NCBI GenBank assembly: GCA_951406725.2
Contig: OX597826.1
Coordinates: forward strand, 21,824,001-21,888,000
DNA length: 64,000 nucleotides
Reading direction: 5' to 3'
From: Octopus vulgaris
Taxonomy: Eukaryota
How positions within the stretch are numbered: position 1 is the stretch's first letter; every line of letters begins with the position of its first letter. The notes below the pieces were generated by a model that did not search any database, had not been told where the DNA came from, and was given only the letters and a program-made list of their open reading frames with translations. The position numbers were made by a program, and so were the translations under genes. Below are positions 1-16,800 of this stretch, piece after piece.

Positions 1-1380
1 GTGTGTATACTGATATGTGTGTGTATATCCACCTATTGTATATATATATATATCTACACATTATTTCTGTCACGTAGTCATTTTTATTTCCCTAATTCAC
101 AAATATTTGGTCGAATTAGCACAAATCTTCTCAAGACGATAATCTTTCACCCCCCCCCATTCCTCTTTGGTTTCGCTGTTCTTATCAAAATGTCAGGAAC
201 TAATGTTTAATCATTTTTGTTCTCATCGAATCATTCCGATTTCTGAGCCAAAGAATTGTTAGTGCCAGAAATTAAATAAATGGTCGCCACCCCAACAACT
301 CGGAATCAAAACAGAGAAACTCACAAACCAACAGGAAAACAAGGATCCAGACTAATCCATTAAATAATATTTTCGCAATTAAAACAGCCACTAACCTGTT
401 TTCTTTTATTTTGTTCTTTTTCAGTTAATCGTAAAAAAGCTTTTTAATTTTAAATGGTTTACTTTTAAAAATATATTTTGTGTAATTAAGTGTTCAGGTT
501 CGATTGGTAAACACCAAATATCGATTAATGATTATCAATCAATAGTGGTCGTTGCCAAAATTTGTTTTACCATTTTATTTTCCATATTGTTTAGCCTCAA
601 ATCAACCCACATAGAACAGATCAATGTTCAAAGGCGCTCCAGCCGTGACCATCTCATCTTTGTACATATCAGAGACTATACCGTCCAACCTATCATTCGA
701 GGGGGGATTGGCTGCTATTTCTGGCTCGTCATTTCGTTTTGGTTCTGTATATATGTCTGATTCCATTCATGACTGTCCTGTCTGTTTTTGGATATCTGGG
801 AATGTATTATCCAATATAGACTTCCATTTATTTAAAATATGGTACGAAGTCTTCTGTTGTAATTTTCTTCGCGTTTTGTGTACATTATAGATATGTGATT
901 AGTATTTTATTCCATCAATTCCCGGAAGCATGACATGCAAAATTAGCTCGGTGCGGTTCGAAATCAGAACTTAAAGGGCCAAACTAAATACCACAAGTAT
1001 TTTGTCAAACCATTTCAGTAACGAAAGGAGATTTGGCTGCTATTTCTGCCAGCAGACACCTTGTCAGCCTTCTCTCGTTGATCTCTCATAAGATCTTCTA
1101 CTTCAGTGTTGCTGGCTTTGTTTACCATCGCCCTTCTCCATCCTCTTTCGCATCAAACAATAAAACCGTGTTTTCGTTTGCACTTCACATTCTAAATATT
1201 ATTGACAAATAGATTTGTTTATTCGAAGTAAGTGTTAAATTTGGAAGATTCACACAGATTGTACAGTTTTCGAGTTCAGTGACGTGTGAGTGAGCGGAGT
1301 AGATGAAACAAGATACTCCTCGTCAATGGATGTTATTGTGTGTGTGAGTGTAATATACACTCAAATAAATAAATACATGT

Positions 1381-1423
<43 letters not shown>

Positions 1424-1446
1424 CGCACAAATGCATTGATATATTG

Positions 1447-1562
1447 GAGTTTACAAACGGAGAAAAAGTACTCAATACATATAGTAGAGTATACATATTT
1501 TATTTGAAGGTAAAACTTCTTGAAGCGTTACTCTGAGTTTCACGTTTCCGATTGTTCAAACG
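1447..1562 (-). mobile_element. Penelope-like pLTR terminal fragment with degenerate minimal hammerhead
   Basis: Minus strand reads cgt-TTGAACA-atcggaaacgt-GAAA-ctcagag-TA-acg. It shares stem III (ctcagag) and the adjacent gtactcaatac...tagagta motif with the intact copy at 7995-8142. Confidence 0.5.
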
Positions 1563-2074
1563 ATTGATGTAAATAAAATCGTTTGAACGTAATCTGATAA
1601 AATTATGTGCGATTTAGTTTGTTTTGCAAGATTATTGATGTGACTATGTGTGTTGGAACATGTTGATATTCATTGGGTGGGTCATTTTATCTTTAAGAAA
1701 CACACGCACTAGTTCTTTTTCATTCTGTTTTTGATATAATTAGCCAACTAATGACTCCCAAAATGCAACACACACACATATTGTGTGTGTATGTTATATT
1801 GAACTTAGATGATTTTCAACACTACATATATTTTGTTCTTATTTCAAAGTTATGATGTTAAGGCCTATATGCCCTTCCTCCTGAACAAACCAAAGGAAAA
1901 TAATGCAGTATTTGTGAGTGAAGGGACAAACCCATTGCCATGATAGTCTTATAGATTCTCTGTTGCTGTTATTCCTAATTTGGCTGTAAAACATCTCTCC
2001 CCGCTTTCTCCCTGATTCTCTACTATTATCACTTTTGTAACCACATAGTCTATTTTGTTTTATTATTACAAGAG

Positions 2075-2280
2075 GATAGACTGACAGAATTGTTATGCGT
2101 CGGAGAAAATACTTTACTATATTCCTTCCAGCTCTTCACGTTCTGAGTTCAAATTCAGCCAAGATCAACATGAACTTTTGGTGTCAATGAAGTACCAGTC
2201 ATGTTGTAAGGTCGATAGTATTGCCTAATCCTCGACCTACAAATTTCTGGTCTTCTGCCCATGTTAGAAACAGTAATCAT
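2075..2280 (+). mobile_element. Decayed tRNA-derived SINE (same family as 47905-48124)
   Basis: Alignable by eye to the younger copy: cagaattgtta...acgttctgagttcaaattc (B-box-like)...aagtaccagt...ggtcgat. Confidence 0.6.
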
Positions 2281-2491
2281 TAATGCTTTATTTTGCTACT
2301 TTCTTCATTTCATTTAACAAACAGACATTTTGCACATTGATGCTAATGATTCCATATCTATCTCTTTCTGTCTGCTGTCTGTCTGTATATGAGTGTGTGT
2401 GCATATAGACAGATACATGCATACATATATACATGTGTGTGTGTGTGTGTGTGTGTGTAAACATGAGTATAGAGTGTTATAGAACAATCAA

Positions 2492-2660
2492 TTTCACACA
2501 GGACATTAGGTAATCAGACGATTATCTAATAACTGCACTCCTCAGAGATGGCCACTATGGAAAATATGGCAACATTGCTCCCATTTCTTTTCCATACCCA
2601 CCAACTCTGAAGAGAGCAGTTATTAGAGAACTGTTTGATTACCTAATGATCTGTATGAAA
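2492..2660. repeat. Imperfect ~60-bp inverted repeat (fold-back/MITE-like)
   Basis: tttcacacaggacattaggtaatcagacgattatctaataactgcactcctcagagatgg (2492-2551) matches the reverse complement of 2601-2660. Inner tatggaaaa/ttttccata can also pair. Confidence 0.75.
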
Positions 2661-3424
2661 CCAAATGGTGAGATCTGCCGTAATAGATCAATGATACTGA
2701 ATACCTAGATCTTAGGTTAATGTGTGTGTATGTTTGGAGTCCTGATGGTGGTTACATCTAAGGGAGATAAGTATATACATACATATGTTTGTTTAGATAT
2801 AGTTATATATATACAGATACATAAATTTAAGTCACAATATATGGATTCAACTAATCCGGGGGTACTCATTCTACAAAACATATAGAAAATATGGTACAAT
2901 ACATGGGAAAACTAAAAGGAGTGAATATTTTAAATCAATACAGACATTAAGCTACCTTATCAGGTGAGAGAGAAGGTTTGGTTATACTGATGATGACATG
3001 TACATAATTTATTTATTATAAAATGTAATAAAATAAATTATCTTTGCATACTTTAAGTTATGAAACAGCTGTTGTGATATAAGAATTTTCCAATGGTTAA
3101 AATAATTTCATTATACTATTTCTCTCGTCATTTATAACATTACATACATGCATGCATGCATGCATACATGCATACATACATACATACATACATACATACA
3201 TTTTCCATGCAGGTACTTGATTTTATGCGACCGCTTCCATGCATTATGAAGTCTAGTTGTGTTTACTCAGAATATTTTTTTAAATTGTCTCCATAAGTTC
3301 AAATTCTTGCCTTCAGGAACACCCTCTCTGTCTGTCGTGGCCTGAATTTAGAATATATATACATATATATAGAGATAGAATTTACTTGGAAATGGATGCG
3401 TGGTGTTCAATCATATTATAATAT

Positions 3425-6163
<2,739 letters not shown>

Positions 6164-6262
6164 TAGAAAAAATGAGGTAATCAGATCAGATGGTCCATAT
6201 TTGTAGATATTTATTTATATATTACATTTTTTACATATATATCATATCATTCAGATAATATC

Positions 6263-6310
6263 ATTCGGATTACCGCTTTCTCCCAATCTAGTGGGGTTTT
6301 CAAATCAAAT
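6263..6310 (-). ncRNA. Type I hammerhead-like motif, U3-A8 core variant
   Basis: Minus strand: gat-TTGAAAA-c-ccca(ctagat)tggg-a-GAAA-gcgg-TA-atc. Stem I gat/atc, stem II ccca/tggg, stem III has one mismatch. Confidence 0.5.
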
Positions 6311-6423
6311 CAATTGTGGGGAGTTTGAACATTTTATAGTTTCGTAGTAGTGCGGAGGAATAAGATATAGTACAAGAGGGTGAGGAGGAAGTGAGACAGA
6401 GAAAACATGTGTGTATGTGTATG

Positions 6424-6463
<40 letters not shown>

Positions 6464-6709
6464 CGCGTTTATATCTGAGAGGGAAGAAGTGTTATTTCCG
6501 TTGGTCTACTGGACCTCCTGTGGTTTTATAAGAACTTGGCTCTGTCCATTTCGATGTCACTGAGTGTGTGTTGTGCGTAGGTTGGCCTGACAAATGTCAT
6601 TTGGGGTCACACTTTCTATGATCATTTTGTGGAGGTGTGTGTCCGTGTGTGTTTGTGTACGTGTGTGTGTGTGTGTGTGTGTGTCTCTGTGTATATATAT
6701 ATGTATATG

Positions 6710-6772
<63 letters not shown>

Positions 6773-6952
6773 GTATATGTATATATATGTATATATATAT
6801 ATGTATATATATGTATATATATATATGTATATATATATATATACATATATGCGTCAGCGCATATTGAGAGACAGTTTTGTGCCATTTTTACCATGGGCTC
6901 CTAGGGAGCGTTTTGTTCGAAAAGCTTGCTGTGCATTTGTTTTGAGATTTTA

Positions 6953-7061
6953 AATTCCTGGATTTTCCTGAAGAGAAAGCTGCAGAATGGTCTCCTTATT
7001 CAATCCGAATTTGGGAATTTGCAGCCTTTGAAACATGTGTAGAAAATAATAAAAAGGAATT
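6953..7061 (+). ncRNA. Type I hammerhead ribozyme with extended stem II
   Basis: ttttc-CTGAAGA-gaaagctgca...tgcagccttt-GAAA-catgtg-TA-gaaaa. All core nucleotides are present, with GUA cleavage triplet at 7039-7041. Paralogue at 32916-33024. Confidence 0.85.
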
Positions 7062-7089
7062 TTGTAGAATCTTCGTTCGGCCACATATA

Positions 7090-7459
7090 TCTCTCTATAT
7101 ATAAACGACAGTTTGTCTGTGTGTCTGTCAGGTTGTACCCTCACCCTGACCACGGCTTTCAACCGATTCTGATGAAACTTGACACACACATAGCCCAATG
7201 TCATAATTCAAAACTAATGCAGCGAAAATTTTGAAAAGTTCCCCCAGTTCTGAAAAAAATCGATAAATTCGACATGGGGTCGAGAATCAGAAACACAAAC
7301 CACAGACTGTCTAGGGGACGCGACTCGACCTTTTTAACTAAAAAAAAAATTTACCATCATTTTTTTTCCATTTTTTGCTATTTTTTGGCTATAACTCTCT
7401 AAAAATGCTTTATAGTTATTTCCCTTACAAACCCGAGCAACGCCGGGCGATACTGCTAG
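7090..7459 (+). mobile_element. Non-autonomous Helitron
   Basis: A|TC start (TCTCTCTATATATAAA) followed by GTCT/GTGT-type repeats; 3' hairpin cccgagcaacgccggg then CTAG|T; no TSD. Confidence 0.8.
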
Positions 7460-7993
<534 letters not shown>

Positions 7994-7994
7994 A

Positions 7995-8760
7995 CCGGAG
8001 TAAACACATAAATGTGAAACAAGGTGGAAAAAAGAGTACTCAAATACCAGTGGTAGAGTAATATGCTTTATTTTAAGCAGCAGAAAATTCAACAAAATCT
8101 GTTACTCTGAGTTTCTCGTTGCCGTTCATCAGACAGTTTTTGCTAGAATGGAACTTATATATTAATTCAATCTATACTCTTACAAACGCTACACCTTTAA
8201 AAAGAAATGGACTTGTTTGATTGGCCCTTTAGAAAAAACAGTCAATCTTCGAGCGATAAACAAAAGGGTCAAAAATATATGTATATATATATAAAAAAAC
8301 TTATAAAAATTATAAAATCCGAGGAAAAAACCGAGGAAAAAACCTATTGCCGTTAATGAAGACAGTACAAATTAATGCATAGAAATTAAACCTGTTATAA
8401 ATACTGCAATACATATTTATATTAAAATCTACATATATATATCAACATACACAAAAGGATGCGCGTAAACGCCATACATACATGTACAGACGTATGAATA
8501 TGAATCTAAATATACACATAAAAGCATGTGTACATATATTCACGCAAACCATCTCGCACGCAAGCTAAAATTCATCTATGTAGCAATTCTCATATACTGA
8601 GCAAGGAGGGGGAACGAAAGAAAGGGAAAGAGAGAAAAAGGAACGAAGGAGGGGTGGGGAAAAAAACTTGTAACGATGTTATTGGCATCTATAGAGACCA
8701 GTATACATACACAAGTTTGAATTGATACATATACATACCGTCGTGTATATGTGTGCTTAA
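7995..8760 (-). mobile_element. Penelope-like pLTR/3' region fragment
   Basis: Carries a hammerhead at 8092-8142 and the terminal motif repeated at 19375-19475 and 1447-1500. The right boundary is uncertain. Confidence 0.55.
8092..8142 (-). ncRNA. Minimal type I hammerhead ribozyme
   Basis: Minus strand: caaaaactgt-CTGATGA-acggcaacga-GAAA-ctcagag-TA-acagattttg. Stem I ctgt/acag plus caaaa/ttttg. Confidence 0.85.
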
Positions 8761-8770
8761 TGTATACATA

Positions 8771-11700
8771 CTTTGATACTTTGATAGGTTTCGGCCATTA
8801 TTGGCCCAGGCCATGTCTAACTTAATAGCACCACCTGGTGAAGTCTTTCAAGTCAGAATTTGGGCACTATGGCCCACTCAAGTAGAGAGTTATTGTTTAC
8901 AGAGACATATCCGGGTGTAGGGGGTTTATCCGGGATTTCTTGAAGGAATCTGTCCAAAGACTTCTTGAACCCTATAGGGTCAGTTTCTGTTTTAATGTGT
9001 TTTGGTGTAATGTTAAAGAGAGCGGGGCCAATTGAGGTGAAATAATTGTGCCGTATTGTTGTTATGAGATGAGAGTGCGATTTTTGTTTTGGGCGGATGG
9101 CACGGGGCCCTAGCCTTGGATGTACCTTAAAGGTGATGCCAACATCATTTGGCCAATGCTGATGGAATATTTTCCACATCATGCAGATGATGTAGCACTC
9201 ACGACGACGTTGGAGAGAATAAAGTTTTAGCTTTTCTAGTCGACCCCAATAGTCGAGGCCTGTCATGCCATCTATCTTTTTTGTGATTGCCCTTTGAGGT
9301 GCTTCAACTTTTATGATACTTTGTATTGTGTGGGGAGACCACAGTGGACAACAGTATTCAAGGTGGGGTCGGGCAAAAGTGGAGAAGAGAAGGATAATGG
9401 TGTGGATATCTCTCGACTGGAAAGTTCTGAGAATCCAAGAACACATTCTGCGGGCCATGTCAACTTTGGTGTTTATATGAGTGGCCCAGCTTATGTTGTT
9501 GTCCACAATTACTCCCAAGTCTCTGATGTTGTTGGACGCCGCGAGAGTTTCACCTGAAGGAAGGGAGTATGGGAGTTTCAGGGCATCCTCTTTTCCAAAG
9601 TGGATTAACTCAAATTTATCCTCGTTCAGCAGCATATTGTTTTTTTCTGCCCATTGGATAACAGCCAGTAGATCTGACTGAAGGCATGTCTGGTCACTCG
9701 CCTCATTTATGACCTTTTGTAGCTTGGAATCATCTGCAAAGATTTTTATGTTGCTGTGCTTGATGATGTCATTAATGTCATTAATGTAGATGATGAAAAG
9801 AAGTGGGCCCAGCACAGTGCCTTGCGGAACGCCACTACTGACTTTGGCTGGGCTTGATTTTACCCCTTCAACTACAACATGTTGAGATCTGTCTGTCAGG
9901 AAACATTTGATCCATTTCAGTAACTTTCCAGAGACACCAATGTTGGATAGTTTTTTCAATAGGATCTTGTGATCGACCCTGTTGAAGGCCTTACTGAAAT
10001 CAAGGTAGATGACATCGGTGTTGGAGCCCTCTCCCAAAGCTCTCAAAATGTCATCAAAGTGATGCAGGAGCTGCGTTAGGCAGTCCCTTCCATTACGGAA
10101 CCCATGTTGGTTAGAGATCAGCCGTCTGTTGCTTTCCAGAAATTGGGTTATTCGAGATCTCACCACCCTCTCAAATACCTTGATGATATGAGAGGTGAGT
10201 GAGATCGGACGGTAGTTCACTGCAAGGGACTTGTTTCCCTTTTGAAAACTGGGACAACAGACTGGTACAGAAGGTTTTTTGGAATGTAGCCAGCATCCAG
10301 TGAGTTTCTCCACAGATTAGCAAGGGGAGATGCAAGTTGGTGTCGACATACCTTCAGGACACAAGCAGGGAACCTATCGGGGCCTACTGCTGAATTGTGT
10401 TTTATTTCGTTTATCGCCGCTAAGACATCTGGGGCACTAAACGTTATGTCCGATATAGTGTGTTGGGGGTTGACATCACTGATACAGCCCAGATCGGCCA
10501 TATCAGGATTGCTGAAAACAGAGCAGTATTGTTTCTGCAGTATCTCGGCCATGGATTTGGCATTATCTTGGAGAGTGCCAGTTTCATCAATTAGAGGGCC
10601 AACAATGGAGACAGTGACCCTGCGTTTCCTCGCAAATGAAAAGAACACTTTGGGGTTGAGTTTGATTTTTTCAATGGCCCACTTCTCCTCAGCTGATCTT
10701 TGGTTATTGATGAGGGTCTTCATGCATTGTTGGAGGTTATATTTTTGGGATTCAAGCGGTGCGATAGCCGTCGAATGTGTGTGTTGCTGTTGGCAGTACT
10801 TTAGTTTGTTAATTTTTTTGTTTGTTCTTTTTATTTTTCTGATAATGGTTTTTCTGTTTTGGGGGATTCTGCACTTTTTGTTCACAGGTCTTGGTGGGGA
10901 GTGTTTTGCACATATGTCTGTGACGGTGTCTACAAAGATCTGCCAAGATGTTTTATGGTTGGTGGAGATGTGTGTATGTGTAAAGGACCAGTCAACATGT
11001 GATAGCTCGTTCCTGATTGCATCCCAGTTGGCATTATGGAGATCCATGTTGTCAAATGGGTGGGCTGGAGGGAGGTCACTAGGATTAGCTTTCGGCTGGT
11101 GGAATTTCATGTTACAGAGAACCATGTCATGGTCTGAAAGAAGGGTTTTTTCCACTGTAACGTTATGTATAGTGTTAGTGTGGTTACTAAACACTAGGTC
11201 CAAAATGTTCTGATGTCTTGTTGGTGCAAGGACAAGTTGGGACAAGAAAAACTCATTCGTAAGGTCGAAAAGTGACTCTGCTGCTTCTTTGTCAGCGGTT
11301 GAGGCGGGAGTGCTTGGTTTCAAACAGTTTGTAGTCCAGTCAACACAGGGTAGATTGAAGTCTCCCATCATGAGTAGGTTGCTAGAATGGCACTGTTGAA
11401 TAAAGCACTTAATGCTGTTGAGGCATTCTTTAAAGCACAGTATGGGTGTTTGGGGCGGCCTATAGAGCCCAATTACTGTCAGGTCATTGGCTTTGTTGTG
11501 CACGGTGACTGATTCACAGTAGCCGTTGGAGAATATACTATTTCCATCTGCCGTAAACGAATCATGCAGGAAAATGGCAGTTCCACCCTTCCTTCTGCCG
11601 ATACGATCCGCGCGGATGGTTGTGAAATTCTTCACTCTCACTTCGGCTTCCAAGTGGGAGTTGTCAAGGTGGGTCTCAGTGAGAATGAAGAAAGGGATGT

Positions 11701-12634
11701 GGTGTGGATGGTTACCAACCCAGTCTTCAATGAATTGGACCTTCCATTTTTGTGCATTGATGGAAGGGCTGACACCTTGTGCATTGAGTAGAAATGTGGA
11801 GGTTAGTGTAGTGGCTGGTTTTGACTGTTGCAGGGGGATTGGATTTTTTGTGTGTGTTAGTGGCAGCAATGTGGGGAATTGGTGCACTGGGGTAATAGCA
11901 TAGGATGGTGTTGAGTGATGGCTAGAATATTTTTGTGTATCTCTTTTGCCATGTTCAACATGGCTAAAAAAGAATTTTCCTGCTTAGGGAGCAGTTTTTG
12001 GCTGGAGGTGTGGTTGCACTGTTGGATAGGGTTGTAGTTTCCACTTTTGTTGTTGTTGTTCTTGTGTCTTCCTGAAAAGACTGGACCAGCATTACTGCAG
12101 CATGGTGTGTTTTTATTTTAATTTTTATTCAGGTTTGTGTGTTGGCTTGAAGCCCCGTTTCTGTTTGTGCGTCGGGTCCCTGGAAGATGAGTGAAGGGAC
12201 AGTCACTCAGCAGACATGTTCTCTCACGTTGGGAATACCGGCAGATTTTGGGACTCCGAGTTGTGTGTGTTTTGAATTTCGATTTACTATTTGGTGGTGT
12301 TGATGTTATTGTGGGATGCGTGCTTTGGCCTTAGCCGGTAGTGCGTCTAGTGCCGGGTAGATGTGTGAAGATGCAGTCACTATTTGTGCAGAGTCTCTGG
12401 TGCAGTGAATAGCGGCATATTTTGGGGTTTCTTGTTTGTGCCGTGGGGGGCGCATTCTGCTTCATATGTTTCTTTAAGTTTTTGTTACTGCAGTAGTATT
12501 GAGGTGGTGATGTGGGGGAAGAGAGCAGTGGTTTCTTATTTGGTTTTCTGTTGGCATTTTTGGTGATAGAAGACGATGGTGGCAGCGGTGGTGATGATGA
12601 TGATGATAATTGTGGTGGTTGCCGTGAGAGCGGC
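8771..12634 (-). mobile_element. CR1-group non-LTR retrotransposon (family A), near full length
   Basis: ORF1 remnant, APE-RT ORF2, 3' stem-loop and (TATCAAAG)n tail; 5' end abuts (TA)n. Confidence 0.92.
8853..11971 (-). pseudogene. LINE ORF2 (AP endonuclease + reverse transcriptase), one frameshift near 10240
   Basis: APE motifs LTETHL, GLYRPP, MGDFNLP, LDLVF, SDH; RT motifs [39 protein letters not shown]. The two track ORFs (10217-11887 and 8853-10313) join as VVPVFK/KGNKS. Confidence 0.92.

Positions 12635-12636
<2 letters not shown>
11857..12636 (-). pseudogene. LINE ORF1 remnant with two CCCH zinc fingers (two in-frame stops)
   Basis: One frame contains [27 protein letters not shown] and [27 protein letters not shown] (C-x8-C-x4-C-x3-H). 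In-frame TAA at 12331-12333 and 12118-12120; terminal TAA at 11857-11859. Confidence 0.75.
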
Positions 12637-13832
<1,196 letters not shown>

Positions 13833-13835
<3 letters not shown>

Positions 13836-16800
13836 CTCCCCTATATTGACCGCATCCCCTCTACTATCTCTCCCTCTCTTTTCACTGGTAAAACCTTTCT
13901 CAGCTGGACCCCCCCCCCAACTCAACTCTAGAATATCTGTATTTTTCCTCCTTACTACGCTACCTAATTACGTTACTCAGTGACGATAACGAATGTCCAC
14001 TGCTAACACCAGCTCCTGTCCACGGCGTGGACAGGTCAGAAGAGAGATCAAAAGAAAAATGCTACGAAAACTATCACCACCACAACAAGCCTCCTCTTCT
14101 CAGGCGCTGAATTCCCCCCTCCCCCCCCACATCTCCTTCCCAGTTTTCAGAGTTGGCACTATCAATGTTGGTACATTGACAGGCAAGTCTAGTGAGATTG
14201 TAGAGATGCTAGAGAGAAGACAGGTTGATGTATGCTGCATACAAGAGGTAAGATGGAGAGGTGCTTCGGCTAGGGTCCTCACGGGCAAGGCACTTAGGTA
14301 CAAACTCTTCTGGCAAGGTAACGTGGAAGGTGTAGGGGGTGTAGGCATTCTCCTTGCGGAGAAATGGGTGGATGAGGTCATAGAGGTTGTCAGGGTTTGC
14401 GATAGAGTGCTTAAGCTCAGGTTGGTCCTACAGAGTGGCACAGCTATGATTATCTCCGCCTATGCCCCACAAGCGGGACTACCAAATGATCAGAAGGACA
14501 ACTTTTATGATAGCCTTCTGCAGGCTACTTCAAAGACTAGTAGCAAGGACCTCATCTTTGTAGGTGGAGATTTTAATGGGCATGTTGGGCGGGAATCGGG
14601 TATCTTCACTGGGGTACATGGTGGCTATGGTATTGGCACCAGAAATGATGAGGGAACTAGACTGCTGGAATTCTGTGATGCATGTAACCTTTCAATCTGC
14701 AACACTAACTTCAAGAAGCCAGTCTGCCACCTTATAACTTATCAGTCAGGAGACTCCGCTAGCCAAATAGACTTCATCCTCACCAGACAGTGGGATGCAG
14801 GGTTGCTCTTGAATACAAAGACCCTCCCGGGTGAAGAATGTATCCCTCAGCATAGACTAATCATCAGTGACTTTAAGCTTGAGACCAGAAGGACTCCAAG
14901 AAACAAACCAATCCAGAAAAGAAGGATTTGGAGGCTAAAGAACCCTTCACATGGTCAGAAATTTAGGGACATACTCATCAAGAAATTTGATGAGAGGGAG
15001 GAGGAGCTTCAGACGTCAGACATAGAAGGTAGCTGGGAATTCCTACGGGACAGCTTGCTGAGTGCCACAGACCGAGTCTGTGGATGGTGCAAAGTCCCTT
15101 CCAGACCTAGAATTACGTGGTGGTGGAATAGTGCAGTAGATAAAGCCATCTGTAAAAAGAGACGGGCCTGGAAAGCCTGGAAGGATGGGGGCAGCAGGGA
15201 ACTGTACCAGATAGCCAAAAGGGAGGCTGGGCGGCAGGTATACATAGCCAAAGACGTAGCAGAAAAGAAGAAGTTTGCCAATGTCCAGCGATGCGAGGAT
15301 CAAAGAGCTGAAGTATTTCGGATTGCCAGACAGTGTGTCAGAGAAAATAGTGATGTTATAGGAGAGAAATGTGTCCGCATGGATGATGGGGCACTTGCTT
15401 TTACTGCTAGTGAAAAGAAAGAGGCTTGGAGAAGCCATTATGAAAGACTGCTGAATGAGGAGAATGAATGGGAGGAGGAGAGCCTGCCAAATGTTGACCC
15501 AGTAGAGGGACCAGCTACCCGAATAGACAGCTCCCTTGTAGATAAGGCAATTAAGGATATGAAACCAGGCAAAGCCCCTGGCCTATCAGGAATCACTGCT
15601 GAGATGCTTAAAACAGCTGGCTATGTGGGCTATACCATAGTCACCCGCATTGTAAACCAGGTAGTTCACAATGGAGTCATACCCAATGACTGGTGCAGCA
15701 GCACCATAGTCAACTGCTACAAGGGTAAGGGTGATGCTCTAGATAGAAATAACTACAGAGGTATCAAACTGTTGGACCAAGTGATGAAGGTCTCAGAGAA
15801 GGTCATAACCCATCTCATTAGGGAGAGAATTTGTTTAGATGAAATGCAGTTCGGTTTTGTACCAGGTAGAAGCACCACTGATGCTATATTCCTGGTCCGA
15901 CAACTGCAGGAGAAGTACCTAGCTAAAGATAAACCCCTCTACATAGCTTTTGTAGACTTGGAGAAAGCCTTTGACAGGGTTCCCCGTTCCCTCATCTGGT
16001 GGTCGATGCGGAAACTGGAGATTGAAGAATGGCTAATAAGGGCTGTACAGGCTCTATACAGAGAGGCTGTCAGCAAGGTTAGGATTGGCAACGAATATAG
16101 TGAAGAATTCCGGGTAGAAGTAGGTGTGCACCAGGGCTCAGCCCTCAGTCCCCTTTTATTCATCATAGTCCTTCAGGCAATAACAGAGGAATTCAAAACG
16201 GGATGCCCCTGGGAGCTCCTCTATGCCGATGACCTAGCTCTCATAGCAGAATCACTACCGGAACTAGAAGAGAAATTTCGGGTGTGGAAGCAAGGGTTGG
16301 AATCAAAGGGCCTTAGAATAAATGTAGCAAAGACCAAAGTATTAGTAAGCAGCAAGAGGTACTCAGCACACACCCCCTCGGGTAGGTGGCCCTGCTCAAT
16401 CTGTAGGAAAGGTACAGGTAGAAACTCCATAAGATGCACCCAATGTAAGTTATGGACACATAAGAGGTGCAGCAACATTAAAGGGAAATTAACAGATAAG
16501 ATAGCTTTCATGTGCGGCAGATGCACAGGGACAATAGACACAACAGACACTCAGAAAACAGATTCCATCACACTCCAGGGAGAGAAACTAGAAGTAGTTG
16601 ATAGTTTCCGCTACCTGGGTGACCAAGTTAGTAGCGGAGGTGGATGCACAGAGAGTATCACCACTAGAATATGAATAGCCTGGGCAAAGTTCAGAAAGCT
16701 CCTACCCCTACTGGCAACAAAAGGTCTCTCCCTCAGAGCGAAAGGTAGATTGTATGATGCATGTGTGCGAACTGCCATGCTTCACGGTAATGAAACATGG

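Noticed and set aside
10395-11213. 272-aa antisense ORF (and similar ones) over LINE ORF2
   Set aside because: Shadow ORFs of the coding strand with no recognisable motifs.
14015-14035. Perfect hairpin cctgtccacg-g-cgtggacagg near the RTE start; considered as part of an HDV-like ribozyme
   Set aside because: Could not trace the nested double pseudoknot by eye; needs a descriptor search.
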